In this document: piece by piece, positions 10,256 through 18,767 of the stretch
How the letters are laid out: each line of letters opens with the position of its first letter
Position numbering within the stretch: position 1 is the first letter of the stretch
Origin: a virus
Reading direction: 5' to 3' (one strand)
DNA: 45,289 nt
Virus record (IMG/VR): IMGVR_UViG_3300045988_109839
Coordinates: 1 to 45,289 of that record
Position numbers and translations under genes: made by a program
The notes under the pieces: model-generated
What the model saw: only the letters and a program-made list of their open reading frames with translations
Database searches by the model: none
Told to the model about the DNA's origin: nothing

Positions 10256-10825
10256 TCACCTCAATCTCAGCTTATGAACATAGGTATGCTCCAACATAGA
10301 AAAGTTGTTATTGTCTACCTCAAATTCCATCAGGTGCTGCCATGCCTCTGCAATCTCCTGCTGGGTAATCTTGGTCAGACTATCATCACCAAAGTAGGAG
10401 CTTTGGAAGACAAAACATGCCTTAGCTAAGATATAGTTTCTCATCTGCTCCGGCAAATTCTCAAAGTCAAGATAAAGCACCATCTCTACATCTAAAGGGT
10501 GCTCAAATATCAGTGTGTCTTTGAACAGGTCTTTTACATAATCACCTTGTCTGACAAGCTTTACACCATGGTTATCCTTAAGATACAAGTAGTTACTGTT
10601 CCATGGAATCTTCTTTGTATCTACATCCGGGTTAAGGGTGAAGTGGGGCGTTTTGTTAAAAGTCCATCCTCGGGACTGCTCTTGTCTGCTGATATTCCGC
10701 AGGATACGAAGGGCATTGATAGCATCCACATCTGTCAGTTCTTCAAGACTGTTAATAGGAGCTTCACCAATAGTACCAATGATACTATTGACTGCATCAA
10801 GTTCAGTTAATGCTGTTAGTTGCAT
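10256..10825 (-). CDS. Tail tubular protein A (gp11-like)
   Basis: 189 aa. The N-terminus ELDAVNSIIGTIGEAPINSLE...ILRNISRQEQSRGWTFN parallels T7 gp11 ([21 protein letters not shown]...ILNKINRQIQSRGWTFN). Confidence 0.93.
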   Translation of the reverse strand: MQLTALTELDAVNSIIGTIGEAPINSLEELTDVDAINALRILRNISRQEQSRGWTFNKTPHFTLNPDVDTKKIPWNSNYLYLKDNHGVKLVRQGDYVKDLFKDTLIFEHPLDVEMVLYLDFENLPEQMRNYILAKACFVFQSSYFGDDSLTKITQQEIAEAWQHLMEFEVDNNNFSMLEHTYVHKLRLR

Positions 10826-10844
10826 TGGTATCTCCTTTCATTTT

Positions 10845-10878
10845 TAGAAAAAATAGGGGACAGCATACGCCATCCCCT
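10845..10878 (-). terminator. Intrinsic-type terminator after the capsid gene
   Basis: Minus strand: AGGGGA..(loop)..TCCCCT followed by ATTTTTTCT. The position is analogous to T7 Tphi. Confidence 0.6.
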
Positions 10879-10895
10879 AGTGTTAGTAGTTTAAA

Positions 10896-11909
10896 TTAAG
10901 CCTGAGTTACAACACCCATAAAGGCAGCTTCAGGACGCAGACCACCAAAACCTTTTGCATATTTAGCAATAATTTGGTCAGCCTGATATTCAGGACGGCG
11001 AGCATGTTCCATGCCAAGACCTTTGAGGGTCAGGATACCAGCAGAAGACGGATGTGCCACAATGAATTGGCAGGTGTCTTTGTAGGTAGTAGGGAACACA
11101 TGACCATCACCCTGCATAACATTCTCATTATCTACGCCACCCTCAGTCAGCAGAGGAGCTTCAATCAAATCGAAACCAATCAGTTTCGGGGGATTGTTAC
11201 CCTCAATGGTCATAGAAGCACCATACAGTTTATTGATGATGTCCTTGTTGGCGATAAGTGCGTTGAGTGCCATCGGTTTGATGTAGCAGTTGCGACCTGC
11301 CAGCGGAACATTATTCTCAGACATTTTGGTCTTGATTTTCAGCAGTTCCTTAAAGATAGCTACACCCATAGCTTCAGTTTCGCCATAGTCAGCAGTTGCT
11401 ACAGTCTCGGTGACAATCAGACCCTTGCCAGTGCCTTTGACACCAGTAGTAGCATTGGTAGGCAGGTTCTCTTTGTCTTCTACAATCATCTTAGCTACTT
11501 CAGCCAAGATAGCACAGTCCTGAGCAACAGCCAAAGCTTCACCCATTTCCTTAGAATACTTAGAACGCAGCTCAAAGTGGTTCATAGCTTCATCCAAATC
11601 AAAAATCATGCAGTCAGAGGTCAGCAGACCATCCAGCACAATAGTACGCTCATTGTGTTCAATGGGAGTACGCAGGTCATCCAAGTTCTTACCTGCTTTC
11701 AGGTATTTAGCTTTTGCTCGACCTACAATCGGGAAGATAGCAGATTTACCATGTTCGATAGTACGCTCAGAGAAGCGACCACCGGTAATAGTGGATTGAG
11801 AGAAGGCGGTGAGAACTTCACCGGTAAACATTTTCAGAAATAAACCTAAGCGGTCTTTGCCTTTATCAGATTGGGCAAGACCAGGGTTGGCAATAATCAT
11901 ATCAGCCAT
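10896..11909 (-). CDS. Major capsid protein (gp10-like)
   Basis: 337 aa. LGLFLKMFTGEVLTAFSQ...SAIFPIVGRAKAKYLKAGKNLDD...DGLLTSDCMIFDLDEAMNHFELRS closely parallels T7 gp10A. Confidence 0.95.
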   Translation of the reverse strand: MADMIIANPGLAQSDKGKDRLGLFLKMFTGEVLTAFSQSTITGGRFSERTIEHGKSAIFPIVGRAKAKYLKAGKNLDDLRTPIEHNERTIVLDGLLTSDCMIFDLDEAMNHFELRSKYSKEMGEALAVAQDCAILAEVAKMIVEDKENLPTNATTGVKGTGKGLIVTETVATADYGETEAMGVAIFKELLKIKTKMSENNVPLAGRNCYIKPMALNALIANKDIINKLYGASMTIEGNNPPKLIGFDLIEAPLLTEGGVDNENVMQGDGHVFPTTYKDTCQFIVAHPSSAGILTLKGLGMEHARRPEYQADQIIAKYAKGFGGLRPEAAFMGVVTQA

Positions 11910-11932
11910 TAAATCACTCCTTTAATAATTTT

Positions 11933-11968
11933 GAATAAAAAAAAATAACCCTCCGCTTATGGGAGGGG
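11933..11968 (-). terminator. Hairpin plus U-run between the scaffold and capsid genes
   Basis: Minus strand: CCCCTCCC-ataagc-GGAGGG followed by TTATTTTTTTTT. Confidence 0.5.
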
Positions 11969-11983
11969 ATTGACGTTTGTGTC

Positions 11984-12736
11984 TTAACCAAAGAATTTAG
12001 AAGCAGCGACTTTGCGCTCTACTTCCTGCATATAGTTAGGGTCTTTACCATAACGTGGGTCACTCATAGCTTTAATCATCTCATTGGCATCAGTATAGCC
12101 TTTGGATTTACCCACGTTACCACTACCACCTAAAGTAGGGTTAGCAGTGCCATGCTGCGCTACCATCTGTGCCTTTACACCTGCAATGTAAGCAGACACA
12201 ACAGACAAATCATCTTTATTTACAATAGCGTTGAAGGCACTGACAGCACCTGCACCTTGGGACTGCACGAATTTTTGGATACGTTTGTACTCGTTGATAC
12301 CACCAGCATCCTCAATAATCTTGTTAGCAAAAGCATCAGCCTTAGCTTGCCAACCAGCGAGAGCTGCTTCTACAAGAGCCTTAGGGTAGCCTTTTTCTTC
12401 CAACAGCTTATAGCTGTCTTCAGACAACTCACCTTTCTCATTGTATTCAGCCTCTAAGGCAGCATAGTCGATGCCTTTACCTTCCAGCTCAGTCTTGGCA
12501 GATTCAATTTCACCTTTAGCTTTTTGGTACTCCTCCTGCTCCTCAGCAGGTTTGTCTTCTTTTTCTTCTGTGGTGTCTTTTTCATCAGTGGGGGTTTCTT
12601 CCTCACCTTTGCCACCTTCATCTTTAGCAGTATCAATTACTTCACCATTGGACACAATAGTAGTATCGGTAATATCTACTTGTGTTTCCTTAGGTTCTTC
12701 ATTGACCTGTGTATTTTGATTTTCAGTATCAGCCAT
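11984..12736 (-). CDS. Scaffolding protein (gp9-like)
   Basis: Highly acidic, helical ORF between portal and capsid. Its ATG overlaps the end of the portal gene (AATGGCTGA). The ORF track starts 9 nt further upstream at a GTG. Confidence 0.75.
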   Translation of the reverse strand: MADTENQNTQVNEEPKETQVDITDTTIVSNGEVIDTAKDEGGKGEEETPTDEKDTTEEKEDKPAEEQEEYQKAKGEIESAKTELEGKGIDYAALEAEYNEKGELSEDSYKLLEEKGYPKALVEAALAGWQAKADAFANKIIEDAGGINEYKRIQKFVQSQGAGAVSAFNAIVNKDDLSVVSAYIAGVKAQMVAQHGTANPTLGGSGNVGKSKGYTDANEMIKAMSDPRYGKDPNYMQEVERKVAASKFFG

Positions 12737-14276
12737 TAGATTCACTACCTCCTTGTGTTTGCTGATTCATGGCATCCATAGCACCTTTGGTTGCATTAGG
12801 TACAGCAGCCTGTGCCATTGCCATCATTTGTGCCTGTTGTTGTTCCTGCTGAATTTGTTCGGCAGTCTTAATCAAACCTGTGGTATCAAGATTACAACTA
12901 TTTGCCCAAGCACGAGCAACGCCTTCCCAATTCACAACAGAAGCTGCATCAGGAATCTGAGCAATACCTTGAATAAAGACAGTAAGCTTCTGTTGGTCAT
13001 GTCCACGTCCAATAGCTTCCATGCCTGTAGTTACGGCAAGAGACACAATATCTTTGGGGACATCAGCAATTTCACCTTTTTTGGAAAGGATATTCAAAAG
13101 TGTGTTAGCCAAGGGGAGCTGCAATTCTTGGGACAGGATAGAATAGATACCACCTAGTGTATCTTCTAACTCATTAGCCACATAGCGGATTTCCTCAGCC
13201 GTTACACGTTCGCCACTACGTTGGACAGCAGAATTTAGCATGAACGCATAAGACAACCGGCTTTCAATAGCATCAGCAGTCATTTTAGAAATCTGCATGT
13301 CTTGTGTCTTGTCCAGCGACAGGCAAGTAACATCTTCCTTGTTACCTGTTACAAAGCCACCATTTTTTGTCTTCATAATCTTGCTAGGTTGTGTCACACC
13401 ATTAGGGCGCACAAGGTAAATTACAGAAGCAGCAATAGCAGACATCTCTGCAATGGCTTTAGAGAGACCTTCTAAGGTCTTTAAGTCACCAATATATTCC
13501 TCAACATATGAGCGACTATAATGTTCACCATCCATCTTAAAGAGACGGACAGGAATCCAAGGACAAACATCAGCAGGGAAAGACTGCTCATAGCCATCAA
13601 TCTGTTTACCCTCAATCTCTTGGTAACTATAATATCTGTTGTCTTTGGATGAATAGGTGATATGTGTATAGACCTCAACCAATTCATCACCACGTTTGGT
13701 AGACAAATCAATATCTAGTTGTCCTAAGACTTCATAGGGCAGGGTATTGATAGCAAGTTTGTCACAGGTAATCATCTGAATAGGGTGTCCTACAAAATCT
13801 CTTTGTACTACATAACTATTCAGCTTATAGACTTTAATGCCCCCCTCTTTAGGAGGGAAGAACAGTAAAGCATTGCCAGCTATAATAAGCTGTTTCAGAC
13901 ACACCTCCATGGAGACACGCATCTGCGAAGATTCAAAGTATTTCTGAGCCGTTTGTTCTCTTTGTACTAATGCTTGCTCTATCTCTTGTTTGTCTTCGGG
14001 TTTGCTCTCATAGTATTTGAGGACATCATCTCGGATGTCTTGTCTGAAAAAGGGCGTGTTTGGAGGGAACAGAGCTAATACCAGCTTTGAAGTGAGGTTA
14101 TTGACACCTCTCGCACCTACCGCTTGGTAAGGCGTAGGGTACTTAGTAGTACCATTAGCTTCTTTTTTAGGGAATAAAAAAGGGATTGTATATTTTGCAC
14201 AATCCTCAGCTCTATCAATATACACTTCACGCTCAATAGCCAATCGCTCATATAAAGCTTTTGCTGTCTCTGCCAT
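12729..14276 (-). CDS. Portal (head-tail connector) protein (gp8-like)
   Basis: 515 aa. Size and synteny fit (upstream of scaffold and capsid), and the N-terminal region has the character of T7-type portals. Confidence 0.9.
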   Translation of the reverse strand: MAETAKALYERLAIEREVYIDRAEDCAKYTIPFLFPKKEANGTTKYPTPYQAVGARGVNNLTSKLVLALFPPNTPFFRQDIRDDVLKYYESKPEDKQEIEQALVQREQTAQKYFESSQMRVSMEVCLKQLIIAGNALLFFPPKEGGIKVYKLNSYVVQRDFVGHPIQMITCDKLAINTLPYEVLGQLDIDLSTKRGDELVEVYTHITYSSKDNRYYSYQEIEGKQIDGYEQSFPADVCPWIPVRLFKMDGEHYSRSYVEEYIGDLKTLEGLSKAIAEMSAIAASVIYLVRPNGVTQPSKIMKTKNGGFVTGNKEDVTCLSLDKTQDMQISKMTADAIESRLSYAFMLNSAVQRSGERVTAEEIRYVANELEDTLGGIYSILSQELQLPLANTLLNILSKKGEIADVPKDIVSLAVTTGMEAIGRGHDQQKLTVFIQGIAQIPDAASVVNWEGVARAWANSCNLDTTGLIKTAEQIQQEQQQAQMMAMAQAAVPNATKGAMDAMNQQTQGGSESNG

Positions 14277-14455
14277 TAAAGGTTCACCCCTGTACCGCTA
14301 CCAATCTGAGTAATGGTAAGCTTTTTCTTGCCCTTGGTCTTAGCGTTCGGATTTTCCTTTTTGGTATCCTCAGCAACATTATCAATCTTCAAGGGTGCTG
14401 CAACAGGGGCAGCAGCAGGAGCAGCTTGTTGTACTTTTGGTTTTTTACCGCACAT
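14276..14455 (-). CDS. Small basic protein (59 aa, MCGKKPKVQQAAPAAAP...), hypothetical
   Basis: Not in the ORF track because it is under 60 aa. RBS gagaggag lies upstream, and the stop overlaps the portal ATG (TAATG). Confidence 0.4.
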   Translation of the reverse strand: MCGKKPKVQQAAPAAAPVAAPLKIDNVAEDTKKENPNAKTKGKKKLTITQIGSGTGVNL

Positions 14456-14467
14456 AGTTTCTCCTCT

Positions 14468-14656
14468 CTACAACTGAGTGGGATTGTACACGCCATTGCG
14501 AGCAATCGTCAGTTGTTGTCTACCTTTCTTCTTGTTAAAGGTATCAGTAGTACCACCATACTCAGGACTATCAGGGTCTTTTGCATTGGTTTCCGGTACT
14601 AAGGAGGATGCAGATACGTCAGTGTTTACGCTGGGTGTCTTAATCTTCCAGCACAT
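14468..14656 (-). CDS. Hypothetical small protein (62 aa, MCWKIKTP...)
   Basis: ATG lies 7 nt after AGGAG. This is the ORF-track ORF 14468-14677 trimmed to the RBS-supported start. Confidence 0.35.
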   Translation of the reverse strand: MCWKIKTPSVNTDVSASSLVPETNAKDPDSPEYGGTTDTFNKKKGRQQLTIARNGVYNPTQL

Positions 14657-14660
14657 CTTA

Positions 14661-14879
14661 TCACTCCTCATCATCATTTAGGTTAGCCATAGCCTTGATA
14701 TGCCCCAGCACATCCATAACGCCCCTAATATATCCAATAAGCTCGTCGTTGTTTTTGACGTTGTGTGTCATAAGGCTACCAAGACTGTAGGCTCTCTCTA
14801 AATGTTCATAAATTACAGGGTTTACATATGGTAGTTTTTCTCCATCATCCCCTTTATTAGATACAATATTAATATTCAT
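14661..14879 (-). CDS. Hypothetical protein (72 aa)
   Basis: ORF packed tightly in the minus-strand operon. No motif recognised. Confidence 0.4.
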   Translation of the reverse strand: MNINIVSNKGDDGEKLPYVNPVIYEHLERAYSLGSLMTHNVKNNDELIGYIRGVMDVLGHIKAMANLNDDEE

Positions 14880-14902
14880 TGTCGCTTATATGCCCCTTTA
14901 CT

Positions 14903-15676
14903 TTATTGTCTCTTTTGTGACCCTTTGGGTGTCCAAAGGATAGGCTTATAGTTTTTATCAATATCCTCATATCTGAGAATACGAGCAACCCTTGCCTGTG
15001 TCAGTGCTTCTTCCTCAGTCAAACCTGCTTTCTCATAGGCAGCCACCACAGCATCCCATGAACAGTCTTTGTCTAGGATTTTCTTTGCACCAACCTCACC
15101 AATCTTAGGGCAACCTTTGTAGTTATCAGTGGCATCACCGACAAGGGTCTGATATAAGAACTGATAATCAGCTTCTGCTTGTGTTGTCTTATGGAATGTA
15201 TCCTGAATAAAGTTGTAAAAAGGGCAGGGGATAGACCGCATATCCTTGTCACCGCTGATAATAACAGCAGATGTAGAGGGTATTGTTCCATAGATACCTA
15301 AAATATCATCAGCTTCAAGACTTGGGATAGACAACACATTATAGGATTTCTTTACCCACTCAACAGCAGAATGATAGGCAAGAGGTTTTCTCTTAGCTGC
15401 ACGATTGAGCTTATAGGGAGGATAGACTTTAGAGCGAAAGTAAGGGTAGCTGGAGAAGCACATGGTAATGTTATATGCTCCCTCATGTCCCATGTGACGC
15501 AGGACTTTATCAGTGATGCTGACAACCATTGTGTCAATGGCATCTTTTACTTCTGCTAAGTCAGAATGTAATGTCCACAGGTCACCATACCAATTAATTT
15601 CCTGCTCTGCTGCTGCACAGGTGCGAAAGACAATCATGTCAGCATCAAAGAGCAGATGTAAAGGTTTAGAAGCCAA
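14903..15676 (-). CDS. 5'-3' exonuclease / flap endonuclease (T7 gp6-like)
   Basis: 257 aa with a TTG start. The acidic N-terminal PIN-like motif (LLFDADMIVFR), SGDKDM and LVGDATDNYKG are typical of the 5'-3' exonuclease family. Confidence 0.85.
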   Translation of the reverse strand: MASKPLHLLFDADMIVFRTCAAAEQEINWYGDLWTLHSDLAEVKDAIDTMVVSITDKVLRHMGHEGAYNITMCFSSYPYFRSKVYPPYKLNRAAKRKPLAYHSAVEWVKKSYNVLSIPSLEADDILGIYGTIPSTSAVIISGDKDMRSIPCPFYNFIQDTFHKTTQAEADYQFLYQTLVGDATDNYKGCPKIGEVGAKKILDKDCSWDAVVAAYEKAGLTEEEALTQARVARILRYEDIDKNYKPILWTPKGSQKRQ

Positions 15677-15797
15677 GATTAAATACCCCCATCAACAGGT
15701 GGAGAAAACCAAGAATACCACCAATAATCAGACCATAGAAAACAACGCAAAACAGGATAACAAAGAGAACATAAATAGCGATAGCACTCCACTTCAT
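15666..15797 (-). CDS. Small hydrophobic protein (43 aa, MKWSAIAIYVLFVILFCVVFYGLIIGGILGF...)
   Basis: Not in the ORF track. Its ATG overlaps the thyX stop (ATGA). It has one or two predicted TM helices. Confidence 0.35.
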   Translation of the reverse strand: MKWSAIAIYVLFVILFCVVFYGLIIGGILGFLHLLMGVFNLGF

Positions 15798-16417
15798 TTA
15801 AAATCACAACTCCTTTCTGTACAGTTTTTACAGTTCATAAAGTTTTTATCAAAGATTTCAGGTGCAGCGTCAGCTAAGCGTTCCTGAATCATTTCAGCTA
15901 ATTTTCTATGCTCCGGCATGGCTCTCTTGCATAAACGCTTAGGCAAATATTCATACCATGCTCTAAAGTTGCCTGTCACTACCAAGGATGTCTCAACACC
16001 TTGGGGCAGGAAGTAGGCAGCATCCTGTTCTGCAAGACCATCAGCAATACATTCTTTATAATCGTGAACCATAGGAAGCTTATGAATCATAGAATCCACA
16101 ACTTCTTTAGGTGTTCCATGCTTTTTAGCAAAATCATAAAATCCATCAGGGATAACGAAGGTTTCAAAGACACTACCTCTAGCAGACTTACAGGTAAAGC
16201 TGAGATGGCGGTGTCTTGTGAGCTGTCCTAAAACACGCACAGAACATGTCACCAAAAAGGAAGCATAGCAGTGCTCCAAGACACTAAGATGTCCGCTCTC
16301 AATAATTTTCTTGATGGACTGCTCAGTAACATCCTTGCCATAAGGTTGACTACAGGCAATCTTCAGAACATCCATGTAGTTGGGGGTGATAGAAATAAGC
16401 TTAGCACTTACCATCAA
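15794..16417 (-). CDS. thyX: Flavin-dependent thymidylate synthase ThyX
   Basis: 207 aa with a ThyX signature (LTRHRHLSF, matching the RHRxxS motif) and SVLEH. Confidence 0.88.
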   Translation of the reverse strand: MMVSAKLISITPNYMDVLKIACSQPYGKDVTEQSIKKIIESGHLSVLEHCYASFLVTCSVRVLGQLTRHRHLSFTCKSARGSVFETFVIPDGFYDFAKKHGTPKEVVDSMIHKLPMVHDYKECIADGLAEQDAAYFLPQGVETSLVVTGNFRAWYEYLPKRLCKRAMPEHRKLAEMIQERLADAAPEIFDKNFMNCKNCTERSCDFK

Positions 16418-16629
16418 AACAGGTCACCTCCTGCTACAAGTCCTTTTGCTTTGGTCTCTAAGGTATGAGGTGAAGCTACAGTTCTGAAACTACCCTGCTT
16501 ACACTTAACTTCCACACGGATGCGAGTTACTATGCCTTCAAAATAGATAGGCTCTCCTAAGGAGTTCTGACGTTTGATATAGACCTTCTGACCAATCTTT
16601 GGTACAAAGGGTTGCTTTTGTTTCGACAT
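16414..16629 (-). CDS. Hypothetical protein (71 aa)
   Basis: ORF whose stop overlaps the thyX start. No motif recognised. Confidence 0.45.
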   Translation of the reverse strand: MSKQKQPFVPKIGQKVYIKRQNSLGEPIYFEGIVTRIRVEVKCKQGSFRTVASPHTLETKAKGLVAGGDLF

Positions 16630-16924
16630 AAGGCTTTACCTCCACAATTTTTGTTTGTCTTCCGAACCTAAAGGCTTCTGCTTTAGTATTCATAAAAATA
16701 TCAATTTTTGTCTTACCATAATCACCACCGAACCTGTCCTGAACGATATAACTATGCCCATCTATGACAACTTCAGTTCCTAACGGCAAGCCATCACACG
16801 CCACAGTCACCCCTTGGATGGCAGGGTGTCCGCTGGCGGTGATGCCATCTGTCTTGCCACATTCGTCAAAGGCAGGGGTATAGGCGGTGCATATGACTAA
16901 GAGTAGAGTAGGGATGTTAAACAT
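16538..16924 (-). CDS. 3D-domain (MltA/RlpA-like double-psi beta-barrel) protein
   Basis: CTAYTPAFDECGKTDGITASG...GTEVVIDGHSYIVQDRFGG...IDIFM is the 3D-domain pattern. The start is taken at MFNIPT, whose ATG lies just upstream of, and overlaps, the end of the upstream gene. The longer ORF-track N-terminus lies inside the neighbouring gene. Confidence 0.65.
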   Translation of the reverse strand: MFNIPTLLLVICTAYTPAFDECGKTDGITASGHPAIQGVTVACDGLPLGTEVVIDGHSYIVQDRFGGDYGKTKIDIFMNTKAEAFRFGRQTKIVEVKPYVETKATLCTKDWSEGLYQTSELLRRAYLF

Positions 16925-17540
16925 TTTTTCCTGCCCATTGCTCTGCCATAGCTCTAGCAATACCTTCAAAGGTCTTACTGCGCTCAATAGCAGTATGCTT
17001 AGTTCCTTTCTTTTTTCGATAATTTCCATTAGCATCTTTGCTACCAGCATTGACAAAAGGCTGAATATTTTCTTTAACAATATTAGTAGGCTTCAAAGGG
17101 GATAAGCCTTTCAACCAAAGGTAGGTTAACTTTGTATAAGGCTCACCGAACATCCATGGTTGAATACGTTGGGATTCTTTAGGTAATCCTACTACTCTTA
17201 ATGGACGTGGATTCTCTAAAGCAATTCTAGGACAATCTGCATTTAAAAGAGACAAAAAGAACGCCTTAGCTTCAAGTGCTAGTGCTAGGCGTTCTTTATC
17301 AATAACTCCTTTTTTCGGATACATTCTACATGCTCCTGCATTTGTCATATAGGTACAAGGTGGAAAAGCAATAATCATATCCCACTTCTCTTTCAACAAT
17401 GGGATAACATCCTGCTGCAAGTGCCATTCAGGATGCCCCCCACTACAGGGGATGATGTCACAACTATAGGCTTCATGCCCCAACTTACGTAACTCAATAG
17501 TTACACGTTGACTTTCTTCACATGCTACTAATATCTTTAT
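16917..17540 (-). CDS. Small C5-cytosine-methyltransferase-like protein; probable non-canonical ATA start
   Basis: FPPCTYMTNAG (motif IV-like PC) and ALENP (motif VI-like). The family-typical N-terminus IKILVACEESQ... continues in frame upstream of the track's TTG. No ATG, GTG or TTG lies between the upstream stop and that TTG. An ATA lies 8 nt after AGGAGG. Confidence 0.55.
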   Translation of the reverse strand: MKILVACEESQRVTIELRKLGHEAYSCDIIPCSGGHPEWHLQQDVIPLLKEKWDMIIAFPPCTYMTNAGACRMYPKKGVIDKERLALALEAKAFFLSLLNADCPRIALENPRPLRVVGLPKESQRIQPWMFGEPYTKLTYLWLKGLSPLKPTNIVKENIQPFVNAGSKDANGNYRKKKGTKHTAIERSKTFEGIARAMAEQWAGKNV

Positions 17541-17555
17541 TGTAATAACCTCCTA

Positions 17556-18081
17556 TTAATGGCAATCAAACCAATTCCTACCAATCTTTCCCTCGGTATC
17601 TAATTGGCATCTGATTCCATAATATTCTTGTGTCTGTCTCATAGATTCTTGGGCAATTCTCACAGCTTCTTCTGCTATTTGTCTAGTTCTACAAGACAGT
17701 TGCCCCTCATCATGCACCCATGCCATGAATTGAAAATCTTTTCCATGGTCATAGCCAGCTTTAAGCATATTTTCTTCCCATAGGCATATCCATTTTTTAC
17801 ATATCAATGCACCACAGGACTGTAAAAGCAAATTGAGAGCTGAATGTAGACTTCTCACATGGAGATGTCTGCCATCCAACCCTCTTAAGTATTTTCGTTT
17901 CCATTCTTTAATTTTTCCGTGGTACTCAACCACGAGCGTATTCTTGACAGCTTCACGCAGCATCTTGATAGCAGGGGTAGCCTTCAGAAACTTATTCTTT
18001 GCTTTCTTACCCATAGCTTCATCGCCACCGAGAAGCTTACCTAGATTTTTGTCTCCGCTGCCATAGAGAAATGCATAAATA
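17556..18081 (-). CDS. DNA polymerase (family A, T7 gp5-like), exon 2
   Basis: Begins IYAFLYGSGDKNLG, the second half of motif B. Later WVHDEGQ is motif C. The ORF-track start MEHFG lies in the intron. Confidence 0.85.
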
Positions 18082-18767
18082 CCAAAATGTTCCATAGGGT
18101 TCGCAACACCCTATGCGTCCATAAGGACAGCTCATAGTCACCTATGAGAGCAGACTATATCATCAATGCCCACCGCTTCCAGCACCATCAGCTTGTACTG
18201 TACTTCCTTCCGGAATAGTCGTTACACGTTCTAAATAGGAAATAGCTCTACGGAAATTATCTACATCATCGTGTAGTAACCCTAAGGCACGATTACAGTT
18301 ATGACAGACCAACCCACGCACTTTACCTGTCTCGTGGTCATGGTCAACAACAAGTACCCCTGAGTGACAATCATTCATAGCAAAGTTATCACCATGACAA
18401 ATAGCACAGACAAAATTTTGATTTTCTGCCATATCTAATACATCATCAAGGGTAAGACCATACACTCTTTTATAGTAAGCATTGGTGACACCATAATCTT
18501 TACAGAAGTCACAGCAGTAGTGCTCAGAAGGAGCTTTGGGAATAAAAATAGACCCACAATGCTTACATTTCTTTGCTTTGAAATAGCCTTGTGGGTACTT
18601 ACTTGGTTTTGCTGTCTGTAATTTCTTAGGTTTATTTCCTGCCACAATTTGCAGCATCTTTTGTAGATAATCTTCTCTAGTCATTCTTCTCCTTTTTAGC
18701 TTCGCACGGTATTGTCTCAGTGAGAGTTCCACCGTTTTCAATGGGTTTATAGACCTCTATTTAGTCA
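18082..18767 (-). mobile_element. Group I intron (about 686 nt) interrupting the DNA polymerase gene, carrying a homing-endonuclease ORF
   Basis: Read on the minus strand. The 5' exon AGACCUU pairs with intron GAGGUCU (P1, with U.G at the splice site). Intron UAAAUA, immediately 5' of that, pairs with 3' exon UAUUUA (P10). The intron ends in G. Hairpins CTCATAG-gtga-CTATGAG and CATAGGG-n9-CCCTATG follow the ORF. Joining the exons gives AKTF|IYAFLYG in frame (1857 nt, 618 aa). Confidence 0.8.
18163..18684 (-). CDS. Intron-encoded endonuclease (Endonuclease VII / HNH-type homing endonuclease)
   Basis: VCAICH...VVDHDHETGKVRGLVCHNCNRALGLL is the Endo VII-type H-N-H/zinc motif. The start is taken at MTREDY, which has AAGGAG 5 nt upstream; the track starts earlier at a TTG. 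Confidence 0.8.
   Translation of the reverse strand: MTREDYLQKMLQIVAGNKPKKLQTAKPSKYPQGYFKAKKCKHCGSIFIPKAPSEHYCCDFCKDYGVTNAYYKRVYGLTLDDVLDMAENQNFVCAICHGDNFAMNDCHSGVLVVDHDHETGKVRGLVCHNCNRALGLLHDDVDNFRRAISYLERVTTIPEGSTVQADGAGSGGH

Noticed and set aside
10896-10965. A T7 10A/10B-style -1 frameshift near the capsid 3' end (AAA GGT TTT GG).
   Set aside because: The -1 frame terminates after about 5 codons (TGG TGG TCT GCG TCC TGA). No extended capsid product could result.
16925-17080. The N-terminal 52-aa extension of ORF 16538-17080.
   Set aside because: The extension lies entirely within the methyltransferase-like gene in another frame. The 3D-domain homology begins right after the internal MFNIPT start, whose ATG overlaps the upstream gene end.
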